Positions 24,901-39,900 of a DNA stretch of 64,000 nt are shown in pieces. Location: NCBI RefSeq assembly GCF_018977255.1, contig NW_024704742.1:78184001-78248000 (forward strand). Direction: 5' to 3'. The notes below the pieces were generated by a model. That model saw only the letters and a program-made list of their open reading frames with translations, was not told the DNA's origin and did not search any database. Each line of letters starts with the position of its first letter. Positions within the stretch are counted from its first letter, which is position 1. Source of the DNA: Callorhinchus milii (Eukaryota). Made by a program: the position numbers and the translations under genes.

Positions 24901-27900
24901 TGTGGAGGAAAGGAAGGGTGACCAAGAATGTCAGTAGCATAATGTCATTTTTAGTGATGACAGTGGAAGAACATTATGTGTATTCGTAGTGAAAGAGTAG
25001 TCAGTATGCTTTTGGCATCGGTGACTCTAATTCAGGGTATCTAGTAGGTCAATAAAATAATATGAGCTTGTGGTAAGATTTAGGGCAAAGATAGTACTAA
25101 CTGGTTTGCACCCAATATTATCCAGGAGAAAGGAGAAAATGAATGTGGTTAAGAGTACATCATTGAGTGGGGGATTACCTATTGAGTTAAGGATAAATAA
25201 CGTTTGAAACATTTCGATTTATGTGTTTATTAGTTATGTATCAAACGCCACACTGGGGCTTGATATGCGGTTTACTCACATGCTGCAAAAATCTGAAAAT
25301 CACATTGAAAAAATCTGAAAAAAATTGGGTGATTTTCTCCCATGGCATGATTTTTTTTATTCTACGTGAAGGTTCAACTTTATTCAAACAAGAAAAAAGA
25401 CTGTTACTACGGTTGTCAAATTCTGACCACTTGAATTCGTGGAGTCCTGTAGCTCAGTGGTTAGAGCACTCGCTTTGGAAGTGAGAGACCTGAGTTCAAT
25501 TCCAGGCAGGGCGAAACCTTGGGCAAGTTTCCTTACTCCACACAGAGCCTAATAATAATCCCTCCAAAACCAAAAACAATAATAAATTGGTCATTTTCAA
25601 TCTACGACTGTTTGTGGGACATTGCTGTGCGCAATTGGCTGCCGCGTTCACCCACAAATATACAGTTAATTCACTTTACAGTATATTCTGTGAAGCGCTT
25701 TGGGACGTCCTCCCGACGTGAAAAGCGCTATATCAAATGCAAGGATTATTATTATTATTATTATGGTCTAGTGACTGAAACAAACCAAAAGCAACTGAGC
25801 TAGAATTTGAACAATACTATTTGTCACATCCTTCCACAAACCATGCAAAGGCTACTCTATTTTAAACTCGATGGGGAGCTCATTTTGTTTGTCAATTGGC
25901 TGAAGTACAATATATTTTCATTTTCCTATGCTTTTGATAGTGACTAACTAATCATTATATTACTATAGGTTCAACATTTGTTTTACCTGTTGTTTTCCTT
26001 AAATCTTTAAAATATCATTCTTAAAGTACTCTCATAAAATATAGCTAAAACTGAGTGGTATATAGTTTCTATTCTCCTAGTTTGTTAGTGTAGGATATTC
26101 CAAGAGGAGACCACCCTCAGCAGTCAGTCCATTTTTAGAGGAATTGCCAAAGGCTTTTTTAGTTAACTTCAAGCTGCAGTCATATATTAAAGGCTAATCT
26201 GTTGTATTTTTCTCTGAGTTTAAGCTTAGAGTATTTTACAGGTGACTAAATAAACACTTTATTTGGATGGCTGCTTGCTCATTTGTATAACAAATGCATA
26301 CAATTATGGATTTTCAGGTTTGAAAATTAACCACCTGCAGTTTAATATTCAGCATTTGCAAAGCAGGTTAAGATAAGTTCATTACCTACTGTTCTTGAAC
26401 TGGAATATATGAATATGGATTGAAACTTTCATTAAAATGTTAACCTTCATTGTTCATCACAAAGAAAAATATCGTGTCTTTAACTAACGTGAGGAATAGC
26501 CTTTTTGTTGTTTTACCCCAAGTATAATAAAATCAATACCAAACACCCATTTTTAGGCAATAATTAGAACTCAATGTGCTGAAGTGTGCTTAACATTACA
26601 GTGGTGTTTATTCAGCCCTTAAGGGGTATGTCTTAGTACTGCAGGCCTCTGCAATGAATATAAAGGTACATACAATTTTTTGAAATGTTAGTGTTCTCTG
26701 TGTTTCAAGATAATTTCAATTTAGGACCTTTATCAGATTCATGCAACTAATTTACAATAACATCAAATAATAACATTTCTGAATTTCTCAAGTTAATCTT
26801 TTACATATGTTAACATCTTCAGATGACAATCAAAGATTAATTTACAGCTCTTGGAAGTGTTCTGCATAGTAGCGTGAGATCTTTCTCATATCCAAGGGTT
26901 ACTTAACATCCTTGACTGTGGATTGCATAATTGCTGATATGGACCAGTACAGTACCATTATACAGATAGTTGCATATAAGGTGGTCACAATCCCATCAGA
27001 GACACAAATATTTGCTCTCATCTTTCTGCAAATAGAGCAGAACACCAGCAGGGATTAAGGATTAAAATTTGCAATTTGGGTAATTATCACCAATAATAAA
27101 ATTACACCCTGTCAATGTTTTGACATCCTCCCGCCCCCCCCCGCCCCATCCCTCCAAATTGGTTATGATGATTATTTTGCCCACAGAATACAGTCAATTA
27201 ATTTTACAATACATTCTGTGAAGCACTATGAGATGAATCATCAACGTGATAAGGCACAAAATCAAATGCAAAGATTATTATTAATATTGGGCACACAGCT
27301 GCCTGTGATTTGAGTGTCTGATCATGGGATACCATCTTAATTCTGATTTATTTTTATTGCTGAGTTAAGTTGGTGTATAATATTTAGCAATGATGATAGA
27401 TTAATAATAGTTTGAAACGGCCCAAACTCTACCCCAAATTCCGTGCACTAACCTTTGGGTTTTGATGCTGACATCATAACATTTAAAAGGGAACGTTAGG
27501 CCCAGTGTTTCAATTGGATTAAGTACAGATTTGTTTCCTAATCTTATCGTATATAATTGTTAAATCATATATATTTTTAGCAAACCTATGGAAAATTAAT
27601 TTTTTGTGCATCATACTGTACAAGTTGCATGTTTTATGGGCGTCAAGCAAAACTTTTATCAAGTAGGTAGTTTCTTGGTTTTGTTTATGCTCAGAGCTAA
27701 AAAAAATCACCGACATATCCGAGAACAGCAATTTTTTTTCTAATTTTAGTTTTGATATGTGCCCATAAAGTTGTCATTCGCTGCCGTATTGAGCCCCAAT
27801 GCTTTCTTTATGTTTTTTTTTGCAGTGGCTACTTCACAGTGTTTGTTCAATTTAAGAAGCCAAAATGGGTGATGAAATGGGGGGAAAAAATAGCTTTGAA

Positions 27901-30900
27901 CTATCGTTCTGGGAAATTGATTTCTGGGATGAATGATTTTTCCAAGAGAAGAAAAAAATATATTTATCTTCTGTTTGGTACATTTTCTTTGAAAAATATC
28001 ACTCAAGCTAACATCTGCTTCACAGAGAACTTTTGTGGACTTGACCCTATTTCTGAGAAATGACACATATACTGATTGTTCAAATGTTCTTCATTCCAAC
28101 AGTGCAAACCTATCTATACGTTACAGATTTGGTTATACTAAGACATTCTTTCAAGCATTCAGCTTTCCATTCAGTCACATTTTTGGGGCGGGTCAGCCAC
28201 ATGTCTGACCCATGCAGAATCCCATCACCATGCTTAAGATTATCCACACCAGACAGAGCCTTACATTTGTATGCTACCTGAACATGGAAATTTCCCTGGG
28301 TCTGAATGGAATGCGCATTCTCTCGCTGGAGAGATGCACCCTGCTTACTTAATTCAGGACAGTATAAGGCGCAGGTTGGCAAGAGTCCAGGCTTGTGGAC
28401 ACCACATTGTGTTTTGGAATACTGCTGGAGTTTAACCAGCTAAAACAGCACAATTTCTAATTGAAAGCACCGTTGCCAAGCTCACTGCTTATCCTTTAAG
28501 GCTTTGCCTTAAATGAGTGGAAAGAGTCCCTGCTCCCATTTCTTTGAATTCATCAGGTTTGCAATAATTTACTTTGCCTCCTTTTCCAATAAAAGTAACT
28601 TGGGATGACCTTTGATGTTTTGCAGTAGTAAAGTAGAAACAAGAATTAGTTAAGGAATAAGTAATTGAACACAATGCTAGTGAGTGACAAGTATATTTGA
28701 ACCTTAAGTATATGTGAACCTGACGAGCTCTAATGATTTACAAATAATTATGAGGTTTAGTCTTTTACAATTTATTAAAACACCCAATATCCTGGCTGTT
28801 TTAATATGGTCAGCAATCCCCTAGATAAAATTGGCCATTCACTTCATGATTGTTTGTTGGATATCAGTGTGCGCAAGTTAGCTGATGCATAGAAACAGGA
28901 GTAGGTCATTCAGCCCCTCGAGTCTGTTCCGCCATTCTATAAGATCACAGCTGGTCTGTACCTCAACTCCAATTACCCGCCCTTGTCCCATATCCCTTGG
29001 CATCCTGACCTAACAAATATCTATCCACCTCAGTCTTGAAAATGCGAATGGACCCAGCATCCACAACCTTTGGAGGAGAGAGCTCAGATTTCCACTACTC
29101 CTTGCATGAAAAACTGCCTTGTGATTTCACTCCTAAATGATCAAATTTTAAGATTATGCCTTCTTGTTCTGGATTCCCTCACCAAAGGAAATATTTTTTC
29201 TGTATCTACCCTAGGTTTTATTATTTAAAAAAAACTCAATCAGATCAGCCCTCAACCTTCTAAACTCAAGGGAATGCAGACCAAGTTTATGTAACCTGTC
29301 CTCATAATTTAACCTTTTAATCACTGTAGTCACCAACAAAATACAGTTACAGTAAATTCTGTGAAGCGCTTTCAGATGTCTTTTCAACATTTTCTTATTA
29401 AATGTAGGAATTACTAAAAATATAAGGAGGTAAAAAAAAGGAACAAACAGACATTTGATCATCTTCTCTAGATTGTACAATCTGTTCTGTCAAAGTTCAT
29501 TAAATCCAATGTATTTCATCAGGAAAGCTTCAGGAAGATTTTTCTCTTCTCTTAGTAAATCAAGCAAAATTCCAGAATATTTTCTCATTCAGTACAGTTT
29601 ATTCTTGACTGGTTGCCTTCCTCAGGACATTTTCTGTTCCAGCAGCTTAGTTCCATTGTGTTATCATGTTCTTTCTATGGTTATCTGTGTAACTTTAAAA
29701 CTGTAATCCTAACCGGATCGTTATAATAATAATAATCCTTGCTTTTGATATAACGTTTTTCATGTCTTCTAGATGTCTCAAAGCGCTTCACAGAATATAC
29801 TGTAAAGTGAATTGAATGTATATTTGTGGGCGAAACTGTGCATTTATCAGGGTATTTACTGCTGTTCTTGGGAGATGACTATCCATATGTAATATTCTGA
29901 AGTGAAACACTCCATTTTACTCAGGCTTGCTTGGAGGCACTTTTTTTTTCACTTCTATCCTTTAGTCCATGCAATAAATTCAAGTTACATCATCTCCATG
30001 TGTCTACATTTTCCATTCCTGTTAGTTTTTTAAGAATCTGGATTATGCTCCAATTATTTCTCTAATTAAATCAAATTTGGTTCTGAATCTCTCCTCATAC
30101 TTTGCAGAATTTATATTTTGTCATTCTTCTCTGAATCTTTTCAAATATAATGCAGCCCTGTTATAATTTGCTTTACCAAAGCACAAATTCACTTATAATA
30201 CATTTTAGAAAACAGGCTTCAAAATTAAAGCAAATTGTTTTCTGGATGCTCTGAATTGCTACACATTTCATTCTATTGTCTCTTTTGTTCCAATGTTAGC
30301 ATATTTTTCCACGCAGAAATAGTCACACTTCTTTGTGCTGAATTTCATTTTAAAAGTGGACAGTCTTACCTGCTGTATTTGATATATCCAATTTAAGAAT
30401 TTTAATTGATTTATTGAAAAGCATCATTCTCACTTTTTAATCCTCTTTATCGTAGAAAAACTTGACCTGGAGGTTGGATTGGAATCACTCTTTGTTAAAG
30501 ATGCAATGGGACGCCTCAATTCTTTGACTACTGTACTTGGCCAAGAAGTTGATCGCTTTAATGGTCTACTGGACGTTCTAAAGGTACATCATGTGTCTGC
30601 CAATAACAGAATACAGATAGCCCTGTTCTACCATATTTTATTGCATTGTTATTGGTTCAAAGTCAATGTTAAACTAACCTGCAGCCCTCTTCAGTTCCTT
30701 AATAAATGCCAACATGACTTCAGTGGGAAGCTATTTCTAAAGTGACCTAGAAAGAAGATTCAATGACATGAGTCGACTTCCACTTACCTTCAAATACCCA
30801 CCCCCCCTCCCCCTCCATAAGCCAGTACTGCCATTGACCTTGGCCCTAACGATTAAAAGTGTTGATGAGTTCAGTCTGGGCTGCTTTGCCTGTTGATATT

Positions 30901-33900
30901 TGTCATTCAACATAGAATCAAGAATTTTTGCCAATCTCTGCTGTTTGTTTAAATTTGTAGTGAAACATTAGCCGACCCATTACTGTACTAAGCAAATGAT
31001 TAGGTTGGTAGTAGAAAGGACTTGAATTTTAGCTCTTCGTCATCTACGTAGAGTTAACATTAATTTTATTCTCATCCTTAAATGAACAGGTTACCTCGAG
31101 GAAATAGTAAAAGCATTTGGCATTGAATTTAATACAGTAGAAAGCTAAGGTTTCCACACTAATTGGGACCAATTCTATTGTGAATGAGCAAACAGTGTGA
31201 ATAATTGGTTGTCATACAAAATACAATTCGGATGCATTGATAACTAAAATTTGTTCCATCAAGAGTTGTACACTGCCACTATAATACCCACCCTTCTCTG
31301 TGTCTGCCTTTATCTCTCTCCACCTCTTTTCTTTCTTAGATTTCCTTTTCTCTCTCCCCTCTTGGAGACTTTCTCACTCTGTCTCGCTGATCCTTTCTCT
31401 GTTTGAGTCTCTGATAAAGAGAAATTCCATTTGTTTCTAGATTTACTCAGCATTTCAGGTTGTCCAGAATTTGTCAAGTTGTGGAATTTAGTCTTAACAT
31501 TGCTACTGGTTTCCTGTAGCTCTTAGATGAGGAAATTAGCACTTTTTTTCATCTGGTATCTTACAGCCCTGCACCCACGTCTGAGCCCGATGATTAGAAG
31601 TAGTCATGAGGGTAGTTCTTTTGCAGTTATACAGTACTACTGTGTTGAATATTTACAATGCTGAAAAAAAACATAAATGGTTCTTTACGGATAAATGGTG
31701 CCCTTTTTGGAAATGAATTCATATTCTTGGTGTTAAATGTTAAGATCTACCACAATTGTTTTCTAATTTTCCTATTAGAGATGACGAGTTTTCATCTTGA
31801 ATTGCTATTGTGAAAATTTAAATGCTAAGCATTTAATGCACAGAAGAAAGGTTAGAACAGATGAATTATGCATTAAAGCATTCACTGAATAAAATAAAAT
31901 TGTATCTAATTAACATTTTATGATAGACTGCATGTTGAATCACATTATCGCCCTTACAAGGTTAAATCTCAATTGTTTTACAAATTAAGTTAAAAATTTA
32001 AATCCAAAAGATGACTGCAGCATCATGTTATGAATGATTTTCTTTCCTAGTAACAAACGATTTGCAGAAAATTTCGCACAGCAGTGTCCCATAATCAGCT
32101 TTGAAGTGAATGATCAATTTATCTAGAAAAAGTTGACCAGAACACTGTGAGAAATTCCCTTCTCCTTTTGAATAATGTCTTGGAATCTTTCACGTCCACC
32201 TGAACCTTGGTTTAATGTCTCACTTGTAGGACTTCACCTCTATGAATGCAACACTCCCCCAACTTTGCACTGGAGTGTCAGCCTAGATTGTGAGCTCAAC
32301 AGTCCTAATGTGGGGCTTTGTACGCAGAGGAGGAACTATACATAAAGAATGAGAAAGGTCATACTAAACTAATCTGTTCACAATCACTGTTAACCTCTTA
32401 ATGCATTTGAATTGTGGCAAGTCAGTACTGACAACAATGGTAAAAAGCCCCATGACTTATTATTGGGTCAATTATAATATAATAATAAGCCTTGTCACAT
32501 CTTCGAGACGTCTCAAAGCGTTTCACAGAGTATACTGTAAAGTGAATTGACTGTATATTTTGTGGACAAAATGCAACAGACAATTGCGCACAACAGTGTC
32601 TCACAAACAGTCATGGATTGAAGTGACCAATTTTTAAAAAACAAAAAAGGTTTTAAAGAATTATTAACCCCGGAAAAGCGATCCGCTAATCAACTAACAT
32701 CTGGGTTCCTACTTGCTGCTAGGTGAACTGAGGCTATGGAGTAAGGAAACTTAACCAACATTTCACCCTGCTGGGAATCGAACCCAGGTCTCTTGCTTAT
32801 GAGCGATGCTCTAATCACTGAGCTACAGGACTCCACTTATAAGCGTGCTGAGTGTGAATAGCACTGGGCTGGACCACTGTGACTCTCTATTTAATATAAT
32901 TGAAAAGCAAACATTGGATTTTAGTGTGTGGTGCAGGAAGTATAATCCAAACTTCCTGCTCCACATTGCTCTGCTGTTGGTTTTGCTCCTGGTGATGCTC
33001 CTTCGTGATGGTATAACAAAGTGGAGAAGAATCTTAATTTATATCTCTTGCTATTTTTGCCCCCAGCAATATATGCATAGTATCATGGTCTTAGCCAGCT
33101 GCATGAGTATGGAGTCAGACGCTAAATACTGTATTAAAGAGAGGGAGAACAGAGAAGAACAAATAACCCGTGGCCCAGATAATTCCTTTCAGAAATGGCG
33201 AGTGGGTAGCTAAGAAAATAAATCCTTAAAAATAAAAGAGTGAATGAAGACTCTGATTTTTATAGTGTAGTTCAGCTGATGAGCGTGTCAATGAGTGAAT
33301 CAGCAGTCAATTGTGGCTGGCTTCAGGCCCAACCATTGAGATGGAGTCAGGAGGAATCACACCAATAGATTAGTTAATGTATTCAGTCAATAAGGTACTT
33401 TAACATCAGGGTTACTCATAATTAACATAATAACGTTTAACGTGTCACAAATTGTGATGCATTCGCCCCAAACTTTAAACCAGCTGGGCTCCACAGTGAA
33501 ACATTTAAAAGTTCTACTCAGTATCTATAACTAATGCCTTTGAAATTTCAATCACCATCAATATCTTTTATAAATCATTTAAGCAAAGAAACGCCAATGC
33601 CTTCTATGACCCTGTTTCTAAACAACCATCCTATGTTCTCCATCCCTTGAAGGTGACCCTGCAGAATATTATGTGGCAAATTACATTGTCACACTAGTCT
33701 ATCGAGATGTAGAGAAACAGGTTACAGATTTTTACATTTAGTAGGATTTCTGTGGATTTGCAATCAATTAAAATATTCCGAGTAATGACCCATTTTCTCT
33801 TGGTAAAATCAAAAGCAAAATCAAAACTTGAAGGTCAGGAAATCAAATTAATTGCACAACATCATTCTGAATAAATGTCATGATTACTTCACTCTACACT

Positions 33901-36900
33901 GAACACATCCAAGTATTTGGTGCTGCTACTGCTCCCTTTTCCCAACTCATCTCTAAATTTCTCATGGTTCGGGATACAATTCCACAGATAATGGGCGTAA
34001 TCCCTGCCGCATTGGTCAAGTGGGGGAAGAGTCACAACCGAACTTAATTCCATTTTCGCCCAATGTTTACCTAACCATGCATGTATCCGAATAGCAATAA
34101 TAATAATAATAGGAAGCTTGCTTGAATTTCCCCTCTGAACTCATGGACACAATTGCTTCCCTGCTCAATACGTTAACTCAGTACAGATTAGAATTCAAAG
34201 CAATTTTCCGATGTGTATAGCTTAGTGGTGTGGTGGCTTGACCCACTTGTAACTAGCTGCCTGTGTTGATTCTATTTAATGTTATACTGCTGTGGACAGA
34301 AAACATTTCCACAATCTGTTCATTTTCATTCTCCATATTTTTGCCCTTGTCAAATACATCATTATTGCTCCAGGAAGAGACCAAATAGCAATAAAAAGCA
34401 ATGTTGGACATGAGTGGTGATAAACCAACCATTATTATAGGCATAAAACACACATTGCAGCAATTACATAAAAATAAACTTTTATAATCTCCTTTAAAAC
34501 TGTTAGATTTACTTATGGAAGGAACTACATTAACTTTTTTTAAAATTTGTTGTGTGCAGAGTACTCAAACTCTGTATGGATGGTGTAAACAAATGGTATG
34601 ATTAATGCATTTTGTTTCATTTTATTCTATGGTAGTTATGTGTGTCACCTTGGCTCAGTTGATAGCACTCTCACCTGTGAGTCAGAAGCTTTCATTGCAT
34701 CTCGGCTTGACTACGCTAACTGCCTGCTCATTGGACTTCCCAACTCTTCCCTCCACAAGCTGCAGATTATTCAGAACTCTGTAGCTTGTGTCCTCTCCTA
34801 CACCTCTGGGAACCTATCATCCCGTTCTTGCCCGGCTTCACTGGCTCCCCATTCCTCAGAGAATCAAGTACAAAACCATTGGTCATCTTCAAGGCCCTCC
34901 ATGGTCTTGCTCCCCCCTACCTCTCCGACCTCATATGGGGAGGACTGATATGGGGACCTCATAACCCCATATCAGCCTGTCCGCTCCCTCCGCTCAGCGG
35001 ACACCGGTCTGCCTCTTGTCTCCCGCACTACCTGCTGCACCATTGTCGGTCAGGCATTTAGCATCTCTGCCCCCACACTCTGGAACTTTATCCCACAATC
35101 CCTCCACCTCAAGCCATTTCTTGCCTCCCTCAATTCATGTCGGAATACCTTCCTTTTCGACCGTGCCTTTGGCCACACTACCAGCCCCCCCACCCCCAGC
35201 CCCTCCCCTTCTGACCCCAACTCCCAGCTCGGGTCCAAAATCCTGATTGTCCAGTGACCTGGAACGTCTTTCCCAAGTGTAATTTGTTACATAAGAAATA
35301 GGGGAAGGAGTAGGTCATTTGACCCTTCGAGCCTGCCCCACCATTTAATAAGATCATGGCTGATCCATTTACCCGCCCTATCCCCATATTCCTTAATCCC
35401 TTTCGTTTTTAAAAATCTATCGATCTCAGTCTTGAATATTTTCAAGTACTGAGCATCCACAGCCTTCTAGGGTAGAGAATTCCATAAATTCACTACCCTC
35501 TGAGTGAAGAAATGTTTTCTCAATTCAGTTCTAAAGGGCTGACCTTTAATCCTGAGACTATGACCGCTGGTTTTAGATTCTCCAACCAGGGGAAACAGTC
35601 TCACACGATTTACCCTGTCAAGACCCTTAAGAATCTTATAGGTTTGTATAAGATCACCTCTAATTCTTCTATATTCTAGAGAATATAGGCCTAGTCTACT
35701 CAACCTCTCCTCGTAGGTCAAACCCCTCATCCCAGGAACCAACCTAATGAACCTACATTGTACCCCCTCTAAGGCGAGTATATCCTTTCTTAGATAAAGA
35801 GACCAAAACTGCACACAATATTCCAGGTGCGGTCTCACCAAGGCCCTATACAATTGCAGTAAGACTTCCTACTCTTGTACTCTAAACCCTTTGCAATAAA
35901 CACTAGCATGCTATTAGCCTTCCTAATTGCTTGCTGTACCTGCATACTAACTTTCTGTGATTGGTGTACAAGGACACCTAAATCCCTCATAATACTAACC
36001 CTATCTAGTCTCTCCCCCTCTAGAAAATAATCTGCTTTTCTATTTTTTCTACCTGGTTGAATAACTTCACACTTCCCCACATTATACTCCATCTGCCACC
36101 TTCTTGTCCACTCGCTTATCCTGTCTATATCCCTTTGCATCCTCCTTGTGTCCTCCTCACAGCTTACTTTCCCACTGAGCTTTGTATCGTCCGTGAATTT
36201 AGATACATTAAGTTCTATTTCCTCATCTAAGTCATTGATGTAGACTGTAAACAGTTGAGGCCAAGCACTGATCCTTACTCCACTGGTCACAACCTGCCAA
36301 TCGGAGAAGGACCCGTTTCTCCCTACTCTCTGTTTTCTGCCTGTTAACCATTCTTCGATCCATGCTATTCTATTACCCTTAATTCAATGAGCCCTAATCT
36401 TATGTGACAACCTTTTATGTGGCACCTTGTTGAATGCCTTCTGAAAATCCAAGTACACTATATCCACTGGTTCCCCCCTATCTAACTTGCTAATTACATC
36501 TTCAAAAAACTAAAAGATTTGTTAAACACGATTTCCCCTAACATAAAACCGTGTTGCCTAATCATTTTATGACTTTCTAAGTTCCGTACGACAACTTATG
36601 AACTCTAGAATTTTCCCTACCACCGGTGTCAGGCTAATTGGTCTATAGTTCCCCATTTTTCCTCTCCCACCCTTCTTAAATAGTGGTGTTATGTTTGCGA
36701 TCTTCCAATCAACGGGAACCATTCCAGAATCCAGGGAATTCTGGAAGATCAAAAACAATGCATCCACTATTTCTGCAGCCATCTCTTTTAAAACCCTAGG
36801 ATGCAGGACATCAGTTTATTTATCATAGATTTATCAGTTTTTAATCTCATCAATTTCTCTACTACTATTACTTTACTGATACTAATTTCTTTAAGTTCCT

Positions 36901-39900
36901 CACTAACATTAGTCTCCTGGTTCCCCTCTATTTCTTGCCTTGACTACGCCAAGTTTTTAGTATCTTTCAATGTGAAGAAAGAAGTAAAGTATTTGTTTAG
37001 TGACTCTGCCATTTCTTTATTCCCCATTAAATTTCTCCAGTCTCTGCCTGTAAGGGACTCGCATTTACTTTTGTTAATCTCTTCCTCTTTATATACTTGT
37101 AAAGGCTCTTATGATCTGTCTTTATATATCTAGCTAGATTACTCTCATATTACATTTTCTCCCTCTTAATCAGTTTGTTGTTGTTGTTGTTGTTATGGGT
37201 TCAAACCCCCCTGAACTCATGTAGTTGTTTCGCCCACAAAATACAGTAAATTTACTTTACAGTATATTCTGTGAAGAGCTTTGAGACGTTTTGAAGATGA
37301 AGACATGATAAGGCGCAATACCAAATGGAAGGATTATTATTATTATTATAGTCAACGCTGACACTCCAGTGCAACAACAACAACAACAAAATTACATTTG
37401 TATAGCAACTTTCACGTCGGGAGGACGTGCTAAGGTGCTAGACAGACAGAGTCATGGACCCCAGCTAACGGTCACGGTGGGAGAGGGCAGAGGGGAAGCT
37501 GGGAGATCGAAAGCATGGTCGAAGAGGAGGTTCTTGATGTGGGTCTTGACGGTGGCGAGGGAAGGGGCGAGACGGAGGGACTGCGGGATGGAGTTCAGAG
37601 GGTGGGTGCAGTGTGGTGGAAGGCCCGCCCGCCGATTGAGGGGCGAGCAAGGCGGAGGACGTGAAGCAGGCCAGAGCCCGCTGAGCGGAGGGAGCGAACA
37701 GAGTGGTAGGCGGATAGGAGGTTGGAGAGTTAGGGTGGAGCAAGACCGTGGAGGGCTTTGAAGGGGAGGACCAGGATCTTGAACTGTATCCTCTGTGTGA
37801 TAGGAAGCCAATGGAGTTGGGCAAGGATGGGGGTGATAGGGTTGTGGAGCCTAGTGCAGGAGAGGACATGGGCTGCAAAGTTCTGGGTGATCTGCAGCCT
37901 GCGTAGGGAGGAGTTGGGGAGGCCGACAAGCAGTGAGTTTGCATAGTCGAGCCTCGATGTAATGAAGGCGTGTATGAGGGTTTCAGTGGATTGTGGTGTG
38001 AGACAGTCGAAGCCGGGTGATGTTGTGAGGTGGGGAAATGCAGGGAGATGCAGAGCAGGTCATGGCACAGATGTGCAGTAGAAATGATAGTTGAGGGTCA
38101 AATAAGACTCCAAGGTTCCGGACTGGCTCAGTGAGGTGGAGTGTGCAACCATGGATGGTGATGCTGTCAGAGCATGAGGTGAGGAGGCGCTGACGGGAGC
38201 CAATCAGGAGAGCCTCGGTCTCTGTCAGGACAGCAGTGGTCCTGGAGTCAACAACAACAACAACAAGATTCCATTTATTGAGCGCCTTTCACGTCGGGAG
38301 GACGTCCCAAGGCGCTGTACAGTTGGGTCAGAACCCGAGCAGGGGGGAAATAGTCAGGGTGGGGGGAGGGAAGGGAGGGAGCGAGGAGGGGGTAGAGAGT
38401 CGAGAGGGGAGCTGAAGGCACGGTCAAAGAGAAAGGTCTTGAGACCGACCTTGAAGGAGGAAAGGGAGGAGGCGGCGAAGGCACTGGGGGATGGAGTTCC
38501 AGAGCCTCGGGGCTGAGAGTCTGAAGGCCCGACCACCGATGGTAGGGCGGTTGGGGCGGGGGACGTGGAGCAGACCGGAGCCAGAGGAACGGAGGGTACG
38601 GGCAGGTAGGTAGGGGGATAGTAGGTCAGAGAGGTAGGAGGGAGCAAGGCCGTGAATGGCCTTGTAGGTGAGGATGAAGATCTTGAATTCGATCCTCTGG
38701 GGGATGGGGAGCCAGTGGAGGCGAGCGAGGGTGGGAGTGATGTGGTCCCGAAGACCTTTCTCTTTGACCGTGCCTTCAGCTCCCCTCTCGACTCTCTACC
38801 CCCTCCTCGCACCCTCCCTTCCCTCCCCCCACCCTGACTATTTCCCCCCTGCTCGGGACAGTACACGAGCTGCAGAGTTCTGAATGACCTGCAGCTTGTG
38901 GAGGGAGGTGGCGGGAAGGCCGGCGAGGAGAGAGTTCCCATAGTCCAGCCTTGAGGTGATAAAGGCGTGGACCAGAGTTTCAGCAGCGTGAGGGGTGAGG
39001 TAGTGCCGTAGTCTGGCGACATTCCGGAGGTGATGGAAGGCGGTGCCAGTTGTGGTGCGGATATGAGGGAGAAAGGACAGCTCAGGGTCGAACAGAACAC
39101 CGAGGTTCCTGACTGGCTTTGAGAGGTGGAGAGTGCAGCCTTGGATGCTGATGGTGTCAGCGCCTGAGGTGCGGAGGCGCTGACGTGAGCCAATCAGGAG
39201 GGCCTCAGTTTTGCGCACGTTGAGCTGAAGAAAGTTATCTCTCGTCCAGGACTCGATGTCGGACAGGCAGGCTGTCAGGACATCGGTGGTCGTGGAGTTG
39301 AGGGTAGAGGAGGAAAGGTAGAGTTGGGTGTCATCCGCATACATGTGGAAGTTAACTCCATGTCTGCGGATGATGTCACCAAGGGGGAGCATATAGAGGG
39401 TGAAGAGGAGGGGACCGAGGACAGAGCCCTGAGGGACACCGCACGAGACGGTGCGGGGGCTGGAGGAAAAGCCATTTGTGGAGACAAAGTGAAGACGGTG
39501 GGAACCACTCAAGGACAGGGCCTTGAAGGTTTAGGTGGGAGGACAAGCGGTGGAGTAGGATAGAGTGGTCGACCGTATCGAATGCTGCCGATAGGTCGAG
39601 GAGCACGAGGAGGCAGAGGGAGCCCTGGTCACAGATGGTCAGGATGTCATTGGTGACCTTGACCAGGGCAGTTTCTGTGCTATGGGCAGCACGGAAACCC
39701 GACTGAAGGGGTTCGAATAGTGAATGGTTGGAGAGGAAAGAGCGCAGCTGGGAGGCGACAACTTGTTCCAGGACCTTGGACAGGAAGGGGAGGTTGGAGA
39801 TGGGCCGGTAACTTGATAGCTGCGGCACATCAAGGGAGGGTTTTTTTAAGGTGGGAGTGATGGTGGCAGTTTTTAAGGGAATGGGAATAGAGCCAGAGGA

